A stretch of 64,000 nucleotides of DNA from Herpetosiphon aurantiacus DSM 785 (GTDB lineage: Bacteria > Chloroflexota > Chloroflexia > Chloroflexales > Herpetosiphonaceae). The notes below the pieces were generated by a model. That model searched no databases. It was not told the DNA's origin and was given only the letters and a program-made list of their open reading frames with translations. The position numbers and the translations under genes were made by a program. Shown one piece after another: positions 45,757 to 54,757 of this stretch (position 1 is the first letter of the stretch; each line of letters starts with the position of its first letter). The stretch lies in NCBI GenBank assembly GCA_000018565.1, contig CP000875.1, positions 441,199 through 505,198 on the forward strand, written 5' to 3'.

Positions 45757-47409
45757 TTAAGGAGCGCAACTTGGTTTGGCGTTCAGCCATGGACTGAAGG
45801 TCAAATTGACCCCAACCGCATCGCCGGTGCCAGCGCCATTCTGCTCAGGATGATATGGGCCTGAGGCATCGCCCCACCAGTTGTTGCGGGCATCAAAGCC
45901 AACATCGCCAGTTAGGCCATAGTTTTTGTGGCTTTGGAAGCTATTGCCGCTAATCAAAATCCGTGAACCATCTAAGGTTGGGTCAGTTGATTTGATTTGC
46001 AGGCCATAGGCTCCGCCGCTAAAGCTATTGCACTGAAACACAGCATTCAATGATTGATTGAATTGGGCGCGAACGTTCGTACCGCTACTACCACGGAAAC
46101 TGTTCTTCTCCAAGACAATTTCCACATCATCGGCGGTTGCGCTCAAACTCACGCCAGTTGCGCCATCGGTGGCTGTATTGTTAATCACATTACTGAATAA
46201 GCGCAGGCTCTTGCCGCCACGCACTTCGGCGCTGATTGGAGCAAAGCCAACTACGCGGCTGCGTTGCATATCAAAGTTGCCACCGCTAATATAGATGCGG
46301 CCTTTGTTCTCTTCAAAGACGCTATCTTGGATGACCGTATTGCCACCAAGGGCTGAAATCAACACGCCTTCGGAGCCACCGCCGCGCATATCAACCCAAT
46401 TCAGATTTGCTTGGCCACCATTATTAACCACGATCGATTTCCAGAAACTGTTGCCGCTCTTGCGGAAACGAGCTGCATTAGCAGTCAATGTTCCATCAAC
46501 CACCAACGATGTATTGGCATCGAGCAATACTTCCACACCATCATCAATCGTCAAGCTTGCGCCTTTGGCGATGATCGTATCGCGGCGAATTCTGACTGGG
46601 CTTTGAGCCAATGTCCAGCGCGTATTGCCACGAATCAGATCGTAAGGCAATGGTGTCGGCGTTGGCGTATTGGTTGGGGTCGCGGTTGGCCCTTCGGTTG
46701 GCGTGGTGGTTGGGGTTTCAAACGGCTCCTCGGTTGCACTGGGAGTTTCTTCAAATGGATCTTCGGTTGGCTTTGGATCTTCGCCCTCCTCGGTTGGGAA
46801 GGGTAATTCATCGGTTGCCACCGGAATATTGGTTGGGGCTGGAGTTGCACTATTTGAACTTGGCGTAGGATAACCGCCCGAACTTTGGGTTGGCGCAGCC
46901 GTGCCACGATTGCCCGTACTACTGGTTGGGAATGGTGGAATCGTCGTGCCACCAACTGGCAAGGTTGGAAACGGATCAACCGTCGAAGTTGGCCCTTGAC
47001 CAACTGGCGGAGGATACGCACCCTCATTGGTTGGCGTTGCCCGATTAGGCGCTGGCGGCCCGACCACACCCGCCACATCGGTGGGTGTTGGGCGTAGATT
47101 GGCAACTTCGGTGCTGGTTGCCACGGTTGGCGTAATTGAACCATCAGCTGGAGCTAAAGTTGCCTGAGCCAAACTTGTCGGACTAGCCGCACCAGAGGGC
47201 GATTCGATCGTCGATTGCGAATTGAGACCAAAAATTGCAGCTAAAACAAAGAACGTACCAGCCAACAAGACGGTCTGGTATTGACGAATTTTTTGCATCG
47301 CACGACTTGAACGTAGGGCGGTGAGCAACCTTGCTCGTTGAGTTGGTGGGCCACTTGGTGGCAAGTTTTGCATCTCCATAGTGCGGCATGGTAGCACAGC
47401 CTGAGCCAT
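45757..47409 (-). CDS. Secreted/anchored right-handed parallel beta-helix repeat protein with Pro/Thr-rich linker
   Basis: An N-terminal signal anchor and a PT-rich low-complexity linker (PTPTPLP, TPTTTPTEGPTATPTNTP), followed by PbH1-type repeats (NNGGQANLNWVDMRGGGSEGVLIS..GGN..IQDSVFEEN). The start is ambiguous at 47409, 47379 or 47298. Confidence 0.6.
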   Translation of the reverse strand: MAQAVLPCRTMEMQNLPPSGPPTQRARLLTALRSSRAMQKIRQYQTVLLAGTFFVLAAIFGLNSQSTIESPSGAASPTSLAQATLAPADGSITPTVATSTEVANLRPTPTDVAGVVGPPAPNRATPTNEGAYPPPVGQGPTSTVDPFPTLPVGGTTIPPFPTSSTGNRGTAAPTQSSGGYPTPSSNSATPAPTNIPVATDELPFPTEEGEDPKPTEDPFEETPSATEEPFETPTTTPTEGPTATPTNTPTPTPLPYDLIRGNTRWTLAQSPVRIRRDTIIAKGASLTIDDGVEVLLDANTSLVVDGTLTANAARFRKSGNSFWKSIVVNNGGQANLNWVDMRGGGSEGVLISALGGNTVIQDSVFEENKGRIYISGGNFDMQRSRVVGFAPISAEVRGGKSLRLFSNVINNTATDGATGVSLSATADDVEIVLEKNSFRGSSGTNVRAQFNQSLNAVFQCNSFSGGAYGLQIKSTDPTLDGSRILISGNSFQSHKNYGLTGDVGFDARNNWWGDASGPYHPEQNGAGTGDAVGVNLTFSPWLNAKPSCAP

Positions 47410-47640
47410 CGTGCAATGAAGATTCGCTGAGAAATAGGGGGGTACTTTTGGCCTAAGTTGCCCGTTGATTATGTCTATGGTACACTCAGACCCTACAAGA
47501 TTTAACCATCAGTTAAAGCAGCATTGACATGCGGTTTATCTTCTTTATGCAGCATGACATTTCAGAACTGAAGGTTCCCGCGTTGGTTAGCCGTCACAGT
47601 TGTTCTGGGCGGCGTTTCTACATGAATCGTGGAGGATTCT

Positions 47641-50600
47641 GTGCAATTTAAGGGTTTACGACTCCTAACAGCGTTAACGATGCTGTTCACGTTGATTGGT
47701 ACTTCGTTGTCCGCAACATACACCACTCCAACCAGTGCTGTATCAACCTCCCTTGTCATTAGTCAATTCCAAACCGCTGGCGGTACTGCCGATGATGAAT
47801 TTATCGAAATTCACAATATCAGTGCCAATCCAGTCGATTTGAATGGGCATCGCGTCGTTTATCGTGCTGCTGCTGGGGTAACTGATGTTTCAATTGCCAG
47901 TTGGACAAGCTCGGTTGTAATTCCTGCTGGTGGTTTCTATCTCTTAGGCCGTGCGAACTCATATGATGGTACGGTTACCGCTGATACAACCTTTGGTAGC
48001 GGTATTTCTGGTACGGGTGGGGGCTTCGCTATCCGTAACGGTGATTTGAATACTGGCACAATCATCGATTCAGTTGGCTTTGGTAGTGCGACGAATGCCT
48101 TTGTTGAAGGCACGGTTGTAGCTGCTCCGAGCGCCAACAATAGTGCTCAACGCAATAATTCAAGTTGTACTGATACCGACAATAATGCTGCCGATTTCAG
48201 TTTGTTGACTCCTTCAGCTCCTCGCAATAGCAGCAGTCCAGTTGCAACCTGTGGTGGTTTGCCAACCGATAATCCACCAACTGTTGCCAGCACTGTGCCA
48301 GCCAATAATGCCAACAATGTGGCCTTGAATGCGAACGTCACCCTTACGTTCAGCGAGCCAGTCACCACGACGGGCACTTGGTACACCATTAGCTGTACCA
48401 GTGGCGCTCGCACCGCCAGTGTTACTGGTGGCCCAACCAGCTATGTGCTTGATCCCAGCAGCGATTTTGCTGCCAGCGATGCTTGTACGGTAACGGTTGT
48501 TGCCAGCCAAGTAACCGACCGCGATGGTAGCGTTGATGCTATGGCCCAAGACTATAGCTTCAACTTCAATGTTTCGAGCGGTGTCGCCTGTTCAGGTGGC
48601 ACGGTTACCCCAATCGGCCAAGTGCAAGGCACTGGCGAAACCAGCCCAGCAAACGGTACGGTTGTTACCGTTCAAGGGACGGTGGTAGCCGATTTTGAAG
48701 GTGCTCAGCCTGCTTTGCGTGGCTTCTACCTGCAAGATGCTGGCGATAGCAACGCTGCAACTTCCGATGGTATTTTTGTATTCAACGGCGGCGCTGATCA
48801 AGTTGCGCTTGGTCAAGTGGTGCGCGTAACTGGTACGGCTGGCGAAAACCAAGGCCAAACCCAATTGAGCGGAAGCTTGACGGTTGAGCTTTGTGGCACA
48901 ACCAACACGGTTACCCCAACCCAAGTTACCTTGCCATTTGCCTCAACCACCGATGCCGAGCGCTTTGAAGGTATGTTGGTTCAATTCAACCAAAAGCTGG
49001 TTGTTTCAGAGCACTACTTGTTGGCTCGCTTCGGCCAAGTAACCTTATCGCTCAACGAACGCTTGGCACAACCAACCAACGTGGTTTCACCAGGCGCTCC
49101 AGCCTTGGCATTGCAAGCACAAAATAACTTGCACAAAATCATCCTCGATGATCCATTCAACAACCAAAATGCCGACCCAATTCTGTTTGGTCGTGGTGGC
49201 ACTGGTTTGAGCGCCGCCAATACCCTTCGCGCTAGCGATAGCATCACTGGGTTGCAAGGTGTGATGACCTACACGTGGGGTGGTAATAGCGCTAGCCCCA
49301 ACAGCTACCGCGTGCGCGTAACCCAATCGCCAAACTTCGTAGCCGAAAACCAACGCCCAACCTCGCTTGAGCTTGATGGCTCATTACGGGTTGCGGGAAT
49401 CAACGTGTTGAACTATTTCAACACCTTTGGCAATGGCAACTGTACTGGCGGGGTTGGTGGTGCTGCTACCGATTGTCGTGGTGCTGAAAATACCACCGAA
49501 TTCCAACGCCAAAAAGATAAAACCATTGCTGCGATCATCATGACTCAAGCTGATGTGATTGGCTTGATGGAAATTGAAAATGATGGCTTCGGCAGCAATA
49601 GCGCAATCCAAGATTTGGTTAATGGCTTGAACGCAGCCACTGCACCTGGTACCTATGCCTTGGTGGATGTCGATACACGCACAGGCCAAACCAATCCATT
49701 AGGTACTGATGCAATTAAGGTTGCCTTACTCTACAAGCCTGGCAAGGTTAGCTTGGCTGGTACAACCGCCGTACTCAATACTGGGGCATTCGGCGATTTC
49801 ACCACCAGCAGCGGCACAACTGGCCGTAATCGCCCAGCTTTGACTCAATCGTTTACCGAAACCAGCAGCGGCGAAACCTTCACCGTGGTGGTCAATCACC
49901 TTAAGTCGAAGGGTAGTGCTTGTACCGATAACGTCAGCCCAGTGCCAAGCGACCCCGATTTGGGCGATGGTCAAGGCAACTGTAACCTGACCCGCAAAAC
50001 TGCTGCCCAAGAATTAGTGGCTTGGTTGAATACCGACCCAACCAATGTTGATGATAGCGATTATCTGATCATTGGCGACTTGAACTCATACGCCATGGAA
50101 GATCCAATCACCGCTATTCGCAACGCTGGCTATGTCAATATTCCCAAAACCTTGCTTGGCGACGAAGCCTACTCATACATTTTCGATGGCCAAACTGGTT
50201 CGCTTGACCATGCCTTGGCTAGCACTTCGTTGTTCAGCCAAGTTGCTGATGTTCAAGAATTGCACATCAATGCCGATGAACCAATCGCCTTGGATTACAA
50301 CACCAACTTCAAGAGCGCTGGGCAAATCGTCAGCTTGTACAATAACGATGCCTATCGTGCTTCCGACCACGATCCAATTGTGGTTGGTTTAGCCTTAGGC
50401 GCGGCTCCAACCGCCAACTTCAGCACTTCAACCAAAACCGTTAGCAGCACCAGCGTCGAACAAGGCGAGGTCTTCACTTACACCTTGACGATTCGCAACA
50501 CGGGTGCAGCTGAAGGCAGCTTTAGCTTGAGCGACCTGATCAACAGCAATCTCGAAATTGTTGGCGTGACTGGCGGCTTGACGGTCAATGACCAAACCGC

Positions 50601-50799
50601 CAGCGTCAATAGCAGCCTCGCACCAAGCAGTAACAAAACCTATACCATCGCTGTGCGCAGCGTGGGCAATTTCGTGGGTAGCGTTGGCAACACCGCTGTC
50701 CTCAACAGCAATATTAACTTGACCGCCGATAGCGTGACAGTCAATGCAACGACAACCCCAAGCTTCACTGTGTACATGCCATTAGTCACCAAAAACTAA
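47641..50799 (+). CDS. ExeM/NucH-family extracellular nuclease (LTD domain, Ig-like SbsA domain, endonuclease/exonuclease/phosphatase domain, C-terminal DUF11 repeat)
   Basis: A signal peptide; the LTD (LVISQFQTAGGTADDEFIEIHN), an Ig-like block (PTVASTVPANNANNVALNANVTLTFSEPV) and the EEP domain (GINVLNYFNTFG...IGLMEIENDG...SDHDPIVVGL). The start is at GTG 47641, 5 nt after GGAGGA. Confidence 0.8.
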   Translation: MQFKGLRLLTALTMLFTLIGTSLSATYTTPTSAVSTSLVISQFQTAGGTADDEFIEIHNISANPVDLNGHRVVYRAAAGVTDVSIASWTSSVVIPAGGFYLLGRANSYDGTVTADTTFGSGISGTGGGFAIRNGDLNTGTIIDSVGFGSATNAFVEGTVVAAPSANNSAQRNNSSCTDTDNNAADFSLLTPSAPRNSSSPVATCGGLPTDNPPTVASTVPANNANNVALNANVTLTFSEPVTTTGTWYTISCTSGARTASVTGGPTSYVLDPSSDFAASDACTVTVVASQVTDRDGSVDAMAQDYSFNFNVSSGVACSGGTVTPIGQVQGTGETSPANGTVVTVQGTVVADFEGAQPALRGFYLQDAGDSNAATSDGIFVFNGGADQVALGQVVRVTGTAGENQGQTQLSGSLTVELCGTTNTVTPTQVTLPFASTTDAERFEGMLVQFNQKLVVSEHYLLARFGQVTLSLNERLAQPTNVVSPGAPALALQAQNNLHKIILDDPFNNQNADPILFGRGGTGLSAANTLRASDSITGLQGVMTYTWGGNSASPNSYRVRVTQSPNFVAENQRPTSLELDGSLRVAGINVLNYFNTFGNGNCTGGVGGAATDCRGAENTTEFQRQKDKTIAAIIMTQADVIGLMEIENDGFGSNSAIQDLVNGLNAATAPGTYALVDVDTRTGQTNPLGTDAIKVALLYKPGKVSLAGTTAVLNTGAFGDFTTSSGTTGRNRPALTQSFTETSSGETFTVVVNHLKSKGSACTDNVSPVPSDPDLGDGQGNCNLTRKTAAQELVAWLNTDPTNVDDSDYLIIGDLNSYAMEDPITAIRNAGYVNIPKTLLGDEAYSYIFDGQTGSLDHALASTSLFSQVADVQELHINADEPIALDYNTNFKSAGQIVSLYNNDAYRASDHDPIVVGLALGAAPTANFSTSTKTVSSTSVEQGEVFTYTLTIRNTGAAEGSFSLSDLINSNLEIVGVTGGLTVNDQTASVNSSLAPSSNKTYTIAVRSVGNFVGSVGNTAVLNSNINLTADSVTVNATTTPSFTVYMPLVTKN

Positions 50800-50815
50800 T
50801 TTGGCTGAACTCGAA

Positions 50816-50852
50816 GCGCCCAACACCAGCAATTGGTGTTGGGCGCTTTTTT
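50816..50852 (+). terminator. Rho-independent terminator (GCGCCCAACACC-loop-GGTGTTGGGCGC followed by TTTTTTGGTT)
   Basis: A perfect 12-bp GC-rich stem 17 bp after the nuclease stop, followed by a T6 tract. Confidence 0.85.
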
Positions 50853-50937
50853 GGTTAATCAGCCTAAAGCCGCTGGTCGGGCTTGATTGCATTTTTATAA
50901 TGAAGCAGATTGAAGTACATTGGAGCAGCAGCCAGCC

Positions 50938-51402
50938 ATGCAGTATGCAGACCGTAGCGAGTCAATCAGCGAATATCTCAAGCGCTGCCCATTCCACAAT
51001 ACCATCACAATAACGAATCGATTAACGTCCGATGGCGATCGGATTATCACAATCCTCAACAATCACACGATCGCGATCGAAATTTATTTGGCAAAATCAA
51101 ATTATTGCCTAATTAATGCAGGTTTAGGATTCAATGTTGATGATATCTACTGGCCCAATTTCCCTGCAATTTCGGTGCTTGAGTATTTAGTTAATGGCCA
51201 TCTGGTTGAAAAACAGCGCATGCTTGGTTCAACCTGTGTTGGCGTGAGTAGTTATGTGGCAATCAACACTGACATTATCTACAGTAATCGAACATTCTGC
51301 CTGCTTGGCGAGCTGCTGCATGTGTTTACAAAGGCAACGCGCTTCGTTCAATATCCAAAACTTGTGGATTCAAAATCAGTTATAGATCAACCGTTACCCT
51401 AA
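50938..51402 (+). CDS. Hypothetical protein in an A+T-richer segment
   Basis: An ORF of about 155 aa with visibly lower GC than its neighbours. I recognise no motif. Confidence 0.3.
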   Translation: MQYADRSESISEYLKRCPFHNTITITNRLTSDGDRIITILNNHTIAIEIYLAKSNYCLINAGLGFNVDDIYWPNFPAISVLEYLVNGHLVEKQRMLGSTCVGVSSYVAINTDIIYSNRTFCLLGELLHVFTKATRFVQYPKLVDSKSVIDQPLP

Positions 51403-51488
51403 CGCTCAATAGGCCAAATTGGGGCTTGCATGTGCTCATTGCAGGCTGTAAGCTAGCAGCATCATAGCGAATCAATTTGGAGAGAGAG

Positions 51489-52580
51489 ATGCTGGCTTTT
51501 TGGCATACCTATCAACGGGTCAAACATGGCAGTTGGAGCTTGGTTTTGGGCTTGGCTTTGGTAGCTTGCTCAATTCCAGTCAATTACTCCTCGGATAATC
51601 CACCAACTAGCCCACCAGCCGAACTTCAAATCGCAGCAGGATTCACAATTACCCCCATTATTACTGGCCTTGATCAGCCAACTGGACTAGCCTTTGATCC
51701 CCAAGGGCGTTTGTATATTGCCCAACGCTCAGGCACTGTGCTGATCAGCGACGGAACCAACCCACCCCGCGAGTACGCAACTGATTTCAATAAGCCCTTG
51801 AGTTTGCATTGGTATGAGCAGGCGTTGTATGTGGTTGAGCAAGGCCAAATTCAGCGCTTGAGCGACGGCAATAGCGATGGGATCGTCGATCAGCAAACGG
51901 TTTTATTGAGCGATCTGCCTGATCAAATTGAGGCGGCCACGCTGGTTTCCGATGCGCAGGGTTGGCTCTATCTCGGTGTAGGAACACGTGCTGATCATAC
52001 GGCAACCGCCGGAATTCAAGAGGGTTATATTCGGCGTTTTCGCGCCGATGGCAGCGAATCGAGCGTGTATGCAACTGGTTTACGCATGCCGTTTGGCCTA
52101 GCCTTCGACCCACAGCAACAGCTTTATGCCACCGATAACGGGCGCGAAGGCCTTGGCGATGATCTTCCTCCCGATGAGGTAAATCGAATCACGGCTGGAG
52201 CCGATTATGGTTGGCCGCGCTGTTGGGGCCAGCGCCAGCCCGATGCTGATGGCGGCGGTGATGCGGCCAACTGTTCGACCACCAACGAGCCAGTTGCGTT
52301 GTTGCCTGCCCATAGCGGTGTAACCGGAATTGTCTTCTATCAGGGCACAGCGTTTCCCGCCAGATATCACGGCGATGCCTTCATTGGCTTATCCGGTTCA
52401 TGGTATAGCCAAGAATTACGGGGCCATAGCATCGTCCGCATGGATGCCGAAACACAGCAGATTGAGTCATTCGCCAGTGGTTTTGGCCGACCTGTTGGTT
52501 TAGCGATTAGCCCGCAAGGCCAATTGTTGGTCGCTGATTATGACCGTGGCACCATCGTAATGATTGCCGCCCCACCTTAA
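51489..52580 (+). CDS. PQQ-dependent sugar dehydrogenase (SGDH/YliI-like beta-propeller) lipoprotein
   Basis: A lipobox LVAC and the motif ATDNGREGLGDDLPPDEVNRITAGADYGWPRC, which is DNG...DE.N.I..G.DYGWP. A GGAGAGAGAG RBS precedes the ATG. Confidence 0.8.
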   Translation: MLAFWHTYQRVKHGSWSLVLGLALVACSIPVNYSSDNPPTSPPAELQIAAGFTITPIITGLDQPTGLAFDPQGRLYIAQRSGTVLISDGTNPPREYATDFNKPLSLHWYEQALYVVEQGQIQRLSDGNSDGIVDQQTVLLSDLPDQIEAATLVSDAQGWLYLGVGTRADHTATAGIQEGYIRRFRADGSESSVYATGLRMPFGLAFDPQQQLYATDNGREGLGDDLPPDEVNRITAGADYGWPRCWGQRQPDADGGGDAANCSTTNEPVALLPAHSGVTGIVFYQGTAFPARYHGDAFIGLSGSWYSQELRGHSIVRMDAETQQIESFASGFGRPVGLAISPQGQLLVADYDRGTIVMIAAPP

Positions 52581-52604
52581 CAATAGCAAGAAAGTAGCTG
52601 GCAG

Positions 52605-53087
52605 ATGGCACATATTATTAGCATTGCCTGTGGTGTAACTCCATGGGCCTTCAGAATTTCAACAACAACTGCATGGGTATGGGGTAGCCTGCTGGTGGTA
52701 GCGACAATTTGGGCCAAAGCAATGGGCTTAATGTTCTACGATTGGTTCGCTGATCGCTCGGCATGGCTTGATGGCATTCGTTTAACTATCGGCAATCTGC
52801 TTGTTATTTGGTTGAGCTATGTCGTTTTCCGCTCACCCGACGCGATTTATACCAGTTTCATCGGGATTATTCTCTTGGATTATCTCACCATGAGCTGGAT
52901 TATCAAACAACGCGCGGCCAAAGCGATTAATCGTGATCCAATTGGCCAGCTCCAAGTTATTGATCATACGCCAAAGATGTATGAATCGCCAACAAAAATT
53001 GCTGTGATGATTAACTTGTTTGCAATTGCGGCGGCAATTCTTAGTAGTTTACTCTTGTTCTTCGTCAGCGTATTTGTATTGAGCTAA
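52605..53087 (+). CDS. Small polytopic membrane protein, paralog 1 of 4 (N-terminus MAHIISIACG)
   Basis: 160 aa with about 4 predicted TM segments. It shares N-terminal M..I.IACG and overall topology with the next three ORFs. Confidence 0.55.
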   Translation: MAHIISIACGVTPWAFRISTTTAWVWGSLLVVATIWAKAMGLMFYDWFADRSAWLDGIRLTIGNLLVIWLSYVVFRSPDAIYTSFIGIILLDYLTMSWIIKQRAAKAINRDPIGQLQVIDHTPKMYESPTKIAVMINLFAIAAAILSSLLLFFVSVFVLS

Positions 53088-53106
53088 ATGAGCGCAAGGA
53101 GTAGCT

Positions 53107-53586
53107 ATGCAACAGCTCGTTCTGGCCTGTGGCTACAATCCATTCGGCTATGTGATTTTCTTCTTCATCATGGTCATTCCATTTAGCCTGACTTTAGGCA
53201 TCAAATGGTTTTTTCTGGCGCAAACGCTACGCGCATCCCACCGTTCGTTATTTCTCCATAGCTTAGGATTAACCTTTATCGTAGGATTGGTGATTGGCTT
53301 CGTTTTCATCTCTGCTTATATTCTACCAACTTCTTTATTTGTAATAGAAATCGGGGGTTTCTATTCGTATCAATTTTTTATTTGGGCCATCGTTTGCATT
53401 GTCGATACGTTCTTGATTGAACGCTGGTTGCTCAAACCGAAAGCCCAAGCAATCAGCCTAACCGACGATCAGCAATTACAGGTTGAGGCAGCAGCGATTA
53501 AATATCAGCCATCCTGGGTCGCTGCCCTCCTTTCGAATACATTAATTGCGATCGTCGTCGCTTTGTTTTTTCAAATGATCGATTAA
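53107..53586 (+). CDS. Small polytopic membrane protein, paralog 2 of 4 (MQQLVLACG...)
   Basis: 159 aa with an AGGAG RBS. Its central and C-terminal region is nearly identical to paralog 3 (FVFISAYILPT.LFVIEIG.FYSYQ.FIWAIVCIVDTFLIERWLLKPKAQAISL). Confidence 0.65.
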   Translation: MQQLVLACGYNPFGYVIFFFIMVIPFSLTLGIKWFFLAQTLRASHRSLFLHSLGLTFIVGLVIGFVFISAYILPTSLFVIEIGGFYSYQFFIWAIVCIVDTFLIERWLLKPKAQAISLTDDQQLQVEAAAIKYQPSWVAALLSNTLIAIVVALFFQMID

Positions 53587-53603
53587 CTAGCAGTGAGGCC
53601 GCC

Positions 53604-54092
53604 ATGCAGCAGATTTTGATTGCTTGTGGCTCCAATCAATTAGGTCAAATTTTTGCCTTAGTTGGGGTATTAGTTCTATTTTTTATAAATTTAGGCATCA
53701 AATGGTTTTTTCTGGCAAAAACTCGGCGTTCGGCACGCCGTTCATTGTTTATCGATAGCTTTGGGTTAATGTTTATGACGGGAGTGGTGACGGTCTTTGT
53801 TTTCATTTCTGCTTATATTCTGCCAACCTTTTTATTTGTGATCGAAATTGGATTTTTCTATTCCTATCAAATTTTCATTTGGGCAATCGTTTGCATTGTC
53901 GATACGTTCTTGATTGAACGCTGGTTGCTCAAACCGAAAGCCCAAGCAATCAGCCTAAATGACGATCAGCAATTACAAGTCGAAGCTGTGCCTATGAGCT
54001 ATCAACCTGCGTGGGCCGTAGCGCTCCAATCGAATACATTAATTGTGATCTTAGTTGCTTTGTTTTTTCAAATGATCGATTCGATGAACTAG
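53604..54092 (+). CDS. Small polytopic membrane protein, paralog 3 of 4 (MQQILIACG...)
   Basis: 162 aa. It shares a 100% identical DNA tract of more than 70 nt with paralog 2 (atcgtttgcattgtcgatacgttcttgattgaacgctggttgctcaaaccgaaagcccaagcaatcagccta). Confidence 0.65.
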   Translation: MQQILIACGSNQLGQIFALVGVLVLFFINLGIKWFFLAKTRRSARRSLFIDSFGLMFMTGVVTVFVFISAYILPTFLFVIEIGFFYSYQIFIWAIVCIVDTFLIERWLLKPKAQAISLNDDQQLQVEAVPMSYQPAWAVALQSNTLIVILVALFFQMIDSMN

Positions 54093-54105
54093 TAATGGGG
54101 CGGCT

Positions 54106-54597
54106 ATGCAGCAGATCGTTATTGCCTGTGGAATTAATCCAATCGGCGCACTGATTGAGTTAGTATTTTGGATTATCGGGATTATCATGGCCATTTGGTT
54201 TATGGTGGTGTTTAAAGCTTGGGCCTTTCCCCGCAGTCAATGGTTCAATCGACGAGCACCAATGCTTAAAAGTTTTATCATGTTGATGACTGGGGCAACG
54301 GTCGTAATCCTGGTTATGACAGGCATATATTTCCTTGCGCCTGCGATCTTTAACTATCGCTGGGGATTTGTCCGCCAATATCATGTGATTCTCCTACTGG
54401 CGATTTGTGTTCACGATGCGTTGGCGATGAACTATTGGCTCAATCAAAGCTATGCCCAAACCCTAAGCCTTGATCCAAACCAACAAATGCAGGTCGATCC
54501 CGCTTGCAGCCATTGGTATCAACCGTGGGTGATTGCCTTTAGCACCAACCTATTACTTTTTCTCTGTTTGATGCCGGTGTTTCGCTTAACCAATTGA
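54106..54597 (+). CDS. Small polytopic membrane protein, paralog 4 of 4 (MQQIVIACG...), divergent
   Basis: 163 aa. It has the same N-terminal motif and topology, and the same C-terminal Q-rich linker (LSLDPNQQMQVD resembling ISLTDDQQLQVE). Confidence 0.55.
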   Translation: MQQIVIACGINPIGALIELVFWIIGIIMAIWFMVVFKAWAFPRSQWFNRRAPMLKSFIMLMTGATVVILVMTGIYFLAPAIFNYRWGFVRQYHVILLLAICVHDALAMNYWLNQSYAQTLSLDPNQQMQVDPACSHWYQPWVIAFSTNLLLFLCLMPVFRLTN

Positions 54598-54757
54598 GTA
54601 TCCAGTGTATTGCTTATGAATTAACCAACCATGCCTCGCCCAAGTAAACTGATATCTTGCTGATATTGCTGAGAGTTGCTTGAAAAAGGGAACACAATTG
54701 GCCTGCTATCCGTTATGATAGGAACAGCCGAATCGATTTTAGTGTGTGGAGCATGGT

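Noticed and set aside
46635-47144. 169-aa Arg/Gln/Pro-rich ORF on the - strand
   Set aside because: It is an alternative frame of the Pro/Thr-linker region of the beta-helix protein gene. It is low complexity and not an independent gene.
52605-54597. Lipoprotein interpretation of the conserved N-terminal [LV][IL]AC-G motif in the four paralogs
   Set aside because: The Cys sits only 8 residues from the Met, with no positively charged n-region or h-region before it. That is too short for a Sec/SPII signal, so it is more likely a cytoplasmic-face motif preceding TM1.
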